A stretch of DNA of 64,000 bases from Lingula anatina. Taxonomy: Eukaryota > Animalia > Brachiopoda. The notes beneath the pieces were generated by a model. The model was not told the origin of the DNA and searched no databases. It saw only the letters and a program-made list of their open reading frames with translations. The stretch spans positions 23,030,934-23,094,933 of the forward strand of contig CM120645.1 in NCBI GenBank assembly GCA_051362555.1. The letters run 5' to 3'. The translations under genes and the position numbers were made by a program. Shown piece after piece: positions 55,999 through 64,000 of the stretch; within the stretch, counting starts at the first letter, position 1, and each line of letters begins with the position of its first letter.

Positions 55999-58900
55999 CG
56001 ACTATTTCCTATTCAAATGTTGTAAATTTCAAGTTTTATCTAAGCTAAGGGTACATATTTGCCAACTAAAGCCACAAAAGCTTGTCATTGCCTTGATTAA
56101 GAAAATATATTTTTCTACTTCTTTTTCTTGATTAAATGGGAACCATACCAAAAGTACCACTTTTACCAACAGCGACAGAAGTAAGAATCGAAACGTGTAA
56201 TACACATGTACACATGAGTGAATAAAAATAATTAACTTTACAGTAATGTGGGACATATACATGTACGTCAGCAAAGTGATGGTTAACACATACACTTATT
56301 TAATCTGTGAGATTCTTAAAATATTAACGTCCTTGTGGGAGTTCGGGGGAGAGGAATCATTAGTCACTAGTAATAAAGTGTCTTTGGATGACATTGGGGA
56401 AATTTGTTTGACTAATTGGTATCGTCCTAGTCCCAGTGATCTTCCCCTTAAAATGCCAAGAATTAAAATATGTTGCTGATTTCTAAGTTCATATAAATGC
56501 GTGATATACGCAGTAAGTAAAACCATCAGGATAAAACAAAAGTGTGTGGGTTCCAAAAACAAGGCTACAAAATGGCCCGCATGTCCCTGTCTTGTTGTTC
56601 AAATAAACTGCCATGTGATACAAATAGTTCTCACAACACGCCCCTTGAGTAAAAACTTTAATTTTGCACCAGCTCCGATAACTGGTACTCTCCGATTTTT
56701 CAATTGAAAGAGTGATCTAGAGAGTGAGTGAGAAATCGATATTAACAATTTAACCGCTTTGGCTCTGGTCCAGTTTATTAAATTCGGGAAATACGCGTCT
56801 CACGATGCCTCGTTATACAGTTATTTTAACATTTCTCCTAGCGTTGACTTAATACGTCATTTAAAGACAATCCAGTCGGTTGGTTTTGACATTCCAATTG
56901 ATTTTCAATTGATTTTAAATGGTCACTGCAGCGGTCTCTTCCAAAAGAGTTTTTCAGTCACCATTTTCCTTAAGGGTGCGTCAGGGGCACTAGTGAAAAC
57001 ATATTTAAATCTGACAGGAAAGTGGCCAACCTCTTTTGACTCCAAAAAATGTCAAAACATCGTTAGTTTTAAGAAATTCTTTCACCACTGAAATTGTCAA
57101 AATTTTGAAAAAATTGAGATTTTTCGCCCTAAATGACAAGGATACAGGGTAGGCCTATTGTCGGCCATGATGGATACTGCTGGTGGAGAAACCAGCAAAT
57201 CCAAACCGACGTGCAATCACCCTTGTATTACAGCATAATTGGCTTCATGTGTCAAAGAATAACGGGAAATAAACTGAAGCAGTATTGTAGATAAAAGTGA
57301 AAATTAGCGTTAACGACACTAGAGGTAATTTCCTTGACACATCAAGCGCTCTTTTCGTAATCATCGCATTTAGAACAACCTATATTATTTAGACGTTATT
57401 TGTTCCGTTTGCTTTGAACGATGTAATTGTCAATGAGGTACCTCTAGGGCTCGATGTAAAATTATTTTATGAAACGGATTATTGAAAGAGATGTACTCAT
57501 GAAGAAAACAGTGGGGAGTTGAAAAAAAATTAAAAACATAACCCAAGACATTCACGTTTTTCACTAGATGTCATTGCCTACTTTAAAACTTTTCCATGGC
57601 GGCAAGTATAAGCTTCTGATAACACCGTTAATTGGACTGATGCCACAGACAAGTGCTTCGTGATGAGGGTTGTGATAACCGCCAGTGACGTCATCAAAGC
57701 AGTCGCGATGCACTCGGAACTACTCGGATGTCTCCGCACTCGACAATTTGTATGGAGCTTGCGGAGTCAGCCGAGGATTGCCGATTGGTGGCAATAACAT
57801 GTTTTATTTAACATTACGTAAATGTAGACATGCCTTTAGTCTTTAAAAAACAAACAAAAAGATCAATTATCAGGGAAAGGTCAACACTATTTATTTATTT
57901 AACAAGATGCTTGTATACTACATTTCGAAAATCGTTTACAGAATCGCGTTATTACAAATTATAACCCCATTTTTGGGTTTCTCGCTTTTGAGTCACTCTC
58001 AAAGTGATGAAGTTCATTCGTGACGGTATTAAACAGAAATGAGAACTCGACAACGGATTAATAGATCGCAATTTTTAATGGCTTCTAATGGCTTTGGGTA
58101 TTTGTAAAGGTATTATTTGGGATTACGTAGAGGGAGGGTGTTAACTGCCTTTATCTACATCTAATCGCAAATTAAACCATCAATAATACCCGTTGTTGAT
58201 GGAAGAAAGTAAAAGCAGACCTATGCAAAAGACGACCAAAGACGGTCTCTGATACTTCTTTAGATACATGTATTTTCTGTTTATTAGCATCTCTCTTCTG
58301 TAAAATTACAATTACATTGCAATCAACGAAAACTAAGTCTAAAAGAGCCATTCTTTATGAGAATTACATAACATACCACAATGTAAAACTGCTGAATTAT
58401 GGCTAGTTCTTATGAATATGAGACAGTTTATACCAAGTAGGATACAGTTCACGATGTACAAAGTTGTCCGGACCTCAGTTCATAGCAATATGTTACCCGG
58501 TGTATTATTATTATAGTTAATTCTATACTTGATTACAATGCCAAATTTGTAACAGGGGGAAATGAAGCAATTTTAGTTCAGTGGTGCACTCTCACATTTT
58601 GTTATCACTATACAGGGGTTATTAACTTAACAATATTGAATTTGACAGTTGATTGTAATAACGTTATGCACACAGAATTAGCCTGATGACAGGCGCCTAT
58701 CTAAATGTATGTCGGAGACTGACTGATCCGCAATTGATGCAGAGAAGCGGGCACATGTTAATTAAAAAAATTTTTTTTTGCTCAAAATACACCCCTTAAA
58801 ATTTCAAATGTTCTCTTCAATATTTTAAAATCTCTAATCACAAAAGAAAAACTCATTTTTTAAGATTTGAAATAAATCCAGACGGGCAATAAAAGAATCG

Positions 58901-59446
58901 GTAACATTAAAAATCATTTATCATAAGTTAATTTTTTTCTAAAGATAATTTCAAAATATTAAAAAATCTTTACTCACATCAACTTAGTTTATAACGTGCC
59001 CTACATACAATCTTCTCTTCAGTCAGGTCCAAAAAAACGTTTACGACAAAATTTTTAATTTCTTCATTTCATGAAGAATTTCATGAAGAAAGGATAGTAG
59101 TCAAGATAAATAAAGAATGTATTGGTCTGACACGTTAGAGATGCTTTAAAATAGTCTTTTGATTGGGCCACTACTGATTTCAATTTCACTATTGATTCCT
59201 AACTTTTGATACACACACAATCTTGGAACAATTTATGGGATAGATCGTTCGGTAAATTGGATCCCAAAGTACGCAGTTCTGTTACGTCTATAATACAATG
59301 TCCCTTGTGGCCAGGGGCTTTTACAAAAACTCGGGAACTGTGACAACATACAACAGTTCGCGGTTTTAATATTTCATTTCATTTCAAGTTCATTTATTAT
59401 CCACTCTTTAGGTCTACAGAATGTCGCCTTTTTTAACATGGCAATC

Positions 59447-59448
<2 letters not shown>

Positions 59449-59543
<95 letters not shown>

Positions 59544-59553
59544 TCCAAGCTTT

Positions 59554-59636
<83 letters not shown>
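59449..59636. repeat. Compound microsatellite (TA)n - T-run - (GA)n
   Basis: Seen directly. Other microsatellites: (CT)n 3923-3950 and 7998-8045, (TA)n 18764-18819, (GA)n 24629-24694, (TG)n 51768-51794 and 55949-55993. Confidence 0.95.
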
Positions 59637-59638
<2 letters not shown>

Positions 59639-60184
59639 CACACGAACATAGAGAGTGCATATTTTTCACATCACTAGCATGGATGATCATGGTTTACCGT
59701 ATTTTTTTTCGTCCGAACCGCACTTAGTTCTCATGGATGGACGGTCTCTGAATGACAAACCGCGTTCTTTAAGTCACGATTTATGGAGGTCACGTGCATG
59801 TTCACAAATTGAAAGAAAAAAACCCGTTTTTCCCGATCTACGATTTTATCGAGTATTTAGACTAGCACCCACCATTTTCCATGCTCCATGTTTCTTTCAA
59901 AACGCCATAACAAATCATCACTGGTGGTAACATTGTGGGTGGAGGAGGAGGAGGTGGTGGCAGTTGAAAAAAATATCTTGTATACTACTGTTTGTAATTA
60001 ACAGGACACGTTACATTTAAGATACATTAAGCATGTCTGATCCTTACAACCTGTTATAGTTACGTTGACCATATACAAATATACTAGTACGATACCAATC
60101 GAACATTTTCTAATACATTACAAATACCTTTAAATGTTCCAAATGTTTTTCTATTTTAAAAAGACAATTTGTGCATGACAGTTA

Positions 60185-60384
60185 GGCTCTATTCCCATAG
60201 ATTTTAGATCGATCTATCCCCGCGGGAAGTCTCACTAGATTACTTTCAGATAATCCGACTTAAATGTCCGTCCCGCCTACTACAAGCTGTAAGGGGGTAA
60301 TTAACTTTCGTGTCCGCCCGGCTGACAGCTATTTAGCGTGAACCCCCAGGGAGTTAGGTCGATCTAATCTATGGAAATGGGGTG
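60185..60384 (-). mobile_element. PIF/Harbinger MITE, copy 2, inserted at the GPCR stop codon
   Basis: Reverse-complement relative of 8233-8426. TTA duplication at 60182-60184 and 60385-60387. Confidence 0.8.
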
Positions 60385-61530
60385 TTACACTACAGATTCA
60401 TGTGTAAGTTGTGATCCACTGCTGTTTGGCTGACTACCGGTGGATGGCAGTGAAGGTGTTTTACAGACGTTTTGACTGCTGTTTGCCATTTGTCCTGCAA
60501 ATGGTTTCTTTGAAGTGCGCTTTTTTCGGCGTAAGCTCCTCCCACACAGTTCAGCCATAAGTGACAGGAGAAGTTTTCGGAACTTTTTGCCGCATATGCA
60601 ATAAATTAAGAAGTTGGTGGAGGCATTAACTACCACCATCATGGAGCTGATCATATAGTAAACGAAAAGAGCGTCGGAACTTCTCACTGACTCGTTATCC
60701 AAAAAGTAGAGAAACTGAAGTACAAAATCACACGTCTGGCAGGCAACGAACACCAAGACAACGACGACTAACATAACTGTAGTGCTCTTAGAAGGGTGTC
60801 CCTGTCCCGTGAGCTCGTGACGTCGTTTGCCCGCCTTGCGAAGCGCCAAGATCAGGCTAGTGTTCACGAAGACTAAAATAGCCATTGGGGCAATGAAATT
60901 TACTAAAGAATTCAAAACCATGGCATAAAAATACTTATAAGCGTCTGCATCCATCCATTCTTTATCTGAGTTAATGGGCCTCATGTGTCCTAAATCCACA
61001 TCGTAACAAAAACCAAGGTCCAATTCGAACCACCGTGGCATGTTGTAGATCAATGACAAAATGGCGACAATGATGACGTGTTTTCTTGCACGCGTCATAG
61101 TGCAGAAGGCGCCAGATTTCAGGGGTCTACAGACGACAACAAACCGGTCCACCGTCACGAGGACCACGAACCAAATACTGCACTGTTGAGATATGTACAT
61201 TAAAGGTTTGACAAATAACATAAGGTACCCGTAGACGTCGACGTAATGGCGGGCCGTTCCCACATATTTCACAATTCCTATCAGGCTCAGGAAGAAAAAA
61301 TGACAGAGGAGATAGACAGAATCGGTCACGGCAAGTGCTTGGAGAGTCAACGCAGTTGTGGTTTTGGGGTTTTCACGCCGTAATACCACGAAGGAGAGCG
61401 TATTTCCAAACAATCCAAAGATGATGAAAGTTATGCATATCACTGATTGTGTGGTAAAGAACACTGCCCATGTCCAGCTGTTGCTGACGCTTGTAGAACA
61501 CTCGGTTATGTTTTCCAGCGAAGAGTTCAT
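60385..61530 (-). CDS. Class A peptide GPCR, FMRFamide-receptor-like, single coding exon, ~381 aa
   Basis: Seven hydrophobic segments. Motifs: GLFGNTLSFVVL, LQALAVTD, SIWFVVLVTVDRFVVVCRP, YNMPRWFE, NASTNFLIYC..GKKFR (NFxxY variant typical of the FMRFaR/GPR139-142-like group). First ATG at 61530, with a 5'UTR acceptor TTTTTCAG| near 61559. Confidence 0.88.
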   Translation of the reverse strand: MNSSLENITECSTSVSNSWTWAVFFTTQSVICITFIIFGLFGNTLSFVVLRRENPKTTTALTLQALAVTDSVYLLCHFFFLSLIGIVKYVGTARHYVDVYGYLMLFVKPLMYISQQCSIWFVVLVTVDRFVVVCRPLKSGAFCTMTRARKHVIIVAILSLIYNMPRWFELDLGFCYDVDLGHMRPINSDKEWMDADAYKYFYAMVLNSLVNFIAPMAILVFVNTSLILALRKAGKRRHELTGQGHPSKSTTVMLVVVVLVFVACQTCDFVLQFLYFLDNESVRSSDALFVYYMISSMMVVVNASTNFLIYCICGKKFRKLLLSLMAELCGRSLRRKKRTSKKPFAGQMANSSQNVCKTPSLPSTGSQPNSSGSQLTHESVV

Positions 61531-62404
61531 CGTCACTTTTCTCTGGCACTGGATGGTGCTGAAAAACGAATTTCACTTAGAATCAGATGCGTGTATGCCG
61601 TTTTTTTTATTCTTTTTTATTTTATTTATTTTTTTTTTTTACGACAAAGCTTTCTAAATAGTTATAATGGGCCATTTTGTAAAAAAAAATTATTGATTGT
61701 GCACCTACCCGGTGTAACGTGACAGAGAGTCCCCAATGATAGAGAGTCCGCCTCCTATTCATAGCCTTGCCCTAGATTTTGCCTCACCTAGGGTGGCCCT
61801 AACCATTATAACTAAATGGAGGGCGGATCCTCTGTTTCGTTTCACCGGGCGACTATTAGATAGCAGGGTGGCAGTGAGAGGGCGGATAATAGTAGGGTGG
61901 ATTTTGACTCGTGGTCAAAATACAAAGGTATTTATACTCGCCTCTCTTCGTCGATTACGCATTTACGTTTTTTTCTTTCCAGCATATTTTGAGTGATTTA
62001 AAATATTGTATTCTATTTTATCAATCAAGGACTCAATATTTCCTCACCAGACAATCTCTTTAAGAAGTAATACACATCTAAAACTAAATTTCTTTTGTCT
62101 CACATTTGGAAAGTCCACAAAGTCCGGCTTGTGGTTGTTATCAGTGTCAGGGAAAACTACATTTAACTTGCGAGGTCAACCAGAGGCTTATATGAACTCG
62201 TCATTTATCACTTTTGACTAATTAAAAGCAAAACTCCAAGACAATAATACTCATACTTAATAAATAAGTAACTTTTTTTTAATTATAACTTATACTGATT
62301 CGGTTAATTTTTCAATTGGTGAAATCATAACCACTTACCTTAACAATGGTCCCATGCCTCCCCCCCACCCCCCAGGCGCGTGCCAATACATTTACAGTAT
62401 CAGT

Positions 62405-62453
<49 letters not shown>

Positions 62454-64000
62454 CAAAGGCGTACAAAGCAAAGTTTACACTATACAGAACACAATTTGAT
62501 GTATATTCAGGATCTAATCCTGAATTACGATACAGGTCTTTGCAATGCATGTCAACTGATTCACCCTTTCCAGTATACTTACGGGCTGATATGATCCTAT
62601 ATAGACAAAAACCATTATGGTTTGCCAGCCGTATGCTTGTGCTATATGTTAAAAATCCTGAGATGAATAAACTTTAAATAATTACTACCTAGATCCTACG
62701 GTAAAAAAACGAGACAATAGCACTCCGTCTAACATTAGTTCTAACTATAGGTCTTTGCCATAGATGCAAACAAACAAACAAACGAACAAAATAAAAAAAA
62801 AATCAAAGTTTAACTTACTGTTAAGGTCGTATTTTTAAAAACGGTTCAAAAGAGTGAAGCTCCAACAAAATTTCCCGCAACATCAACAAGTTTACCAAAG
62901 ACTGCTAATTACCATAAATGCCTACCAGAATAAAGTGAGAAAATGTGATATCCACTTATAGCAGCAGCCGTTTTGCTGTAAGGTCGCTGAATGAATGAGT
63001 TACCGTCTCTTAGTCATATTATATACATTGATGTAGGATGCAGGGCCAGGCTCATTATTTCAGCAAAGCTTATACAAATAATTATCGATCATAATTGGCA
63101 TTTTTGGAGCGTCACATGCTGGCGTTCATAGGGAAACAATTGATAAAGCTTTTAGATGTTGTTCTGACAGTTTTCGTGCATTAACCAATTATCGTATACG
63201 TATTTATAACAAGATAACTCATTAGATACGCGGTGCTGTGGGACGTGTGACAAAAACTAAGCCTATCAACAATTCCACTGATGTCTATATAATATATAAC
63301 TGCACTTTCGTTTGTTTTTAGTTGCAATAAAACACCTTCCATCAGATTAATAATATATCACTCCCTGGAGATTGAGCCGAGGCCGATTCACATAAAACTT
63401 GGAATGGTTAATCTCACCGACCCGCCTGTTTACTATTATCTCATCATAGTATCACTGAAAGCCGTTCTAATCTCACTGGTTCCCACTCATCCCCATTGTA
63501 ATCAAGGCGCGTGCCTTTGGTGAGCTTACCGCTACCAGAGAGTGTTCTGCTGGGATGACTGGTTCTTATAGTTAGGCCGGTCTATCTTCACTGGGAATGC
63601 GCCTGCAGCTGCATGCAGAAAGAATACCAACAAAAAAATCTCTGTCAACGGTTGACGTGCATGTGGAGAAAGAGTCCAGGGGAGAGAAACTTAAATAGGT
63701 CTCTACGAAATTGTTCCTAAAATGCATGAGTACACTTTTTTCTCAAAGACCAGATGTGAAACTGCTGGAACGTTTACACTCGGTTACCGGTAATATTTAC
63801 ATGTAAAGTTCTCCCGAGGTATGCTGTAACCTCGCCTGCCTTTCTCTCCCTAAAAAACCTCTAATTAATTCAAACAAGTGCCCTAGTTCATTCCCTCTTG
63901 GGATCCAACCTAGCTCTCTGAACATTCTTTCTAAATTTAATCTTGATGATTTAATGCGACAGGTAAGTAGAAACAATGGTGGCGTTTGTCACTTCCCCAT

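Noticed and set aside
59421-59690. ORFs with YIYI/ERER/LSLS repeats (also 24581-24769, 62346-62677)
   Set aside because: They are dinucleotide microsatellite translations.
63360-63545. GC-richer patch considered as a tRNA, snRNA or SINE (also ~43320-43700)
   Set aside because: I could not fold a cloverleaf, identify A/B boxes, or match a known RNA by eye. It needs tRNAscan-SE or Infernal.

Overview
AT-rich, intron-containing animal genomic DNA. The repeat types and gene content suggest a lophotrochozoan invertebrate such as a mollusc; this is inference. The left ~34 kb is a compact, CpG-poor block of housekeeping genes: a FASTKD5-like gene (-) whose 3' half has many frameshifts, CLN3/battenin (+, 13 exons), MFSD3 (-, 4 coding exons), EEF1AKMT2/METTL10 (-, 6 exons), RAB7 (+) and TEX264 (+). 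The CpG-richer right half holds a 9-exon type-I membrane protein and an intronless-CDS FMRFamide-receptor-like GPCR (-). The membrane protein has a signal peptide, an ephrin-receptor-like Cys repeat, two chitin-binding CBM14 domains, a mucin stalk, a TM helix and a tail with NPxY/YxxI motifs. Introns and spacers contain two Helentron/HINE-like elements with internal satellite arrays and several MITE families. Most interesting: (1) MFSD3 appears to lack its own promoter. A consensus splice donor lies 13 nt after the EEF1AKMT2 stop and a matching acceptor lies 25 nt before the MFSD3 ATG, predicting a spliced bicistronic EEF1AKMT2-MFSD3 mRNA. (2) A candidate chitin-sensing signalling or phagocytic receptor. 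All exon models were read by hand from GT-AG sites and reading frame, and none has been checked against transcripts or databases.
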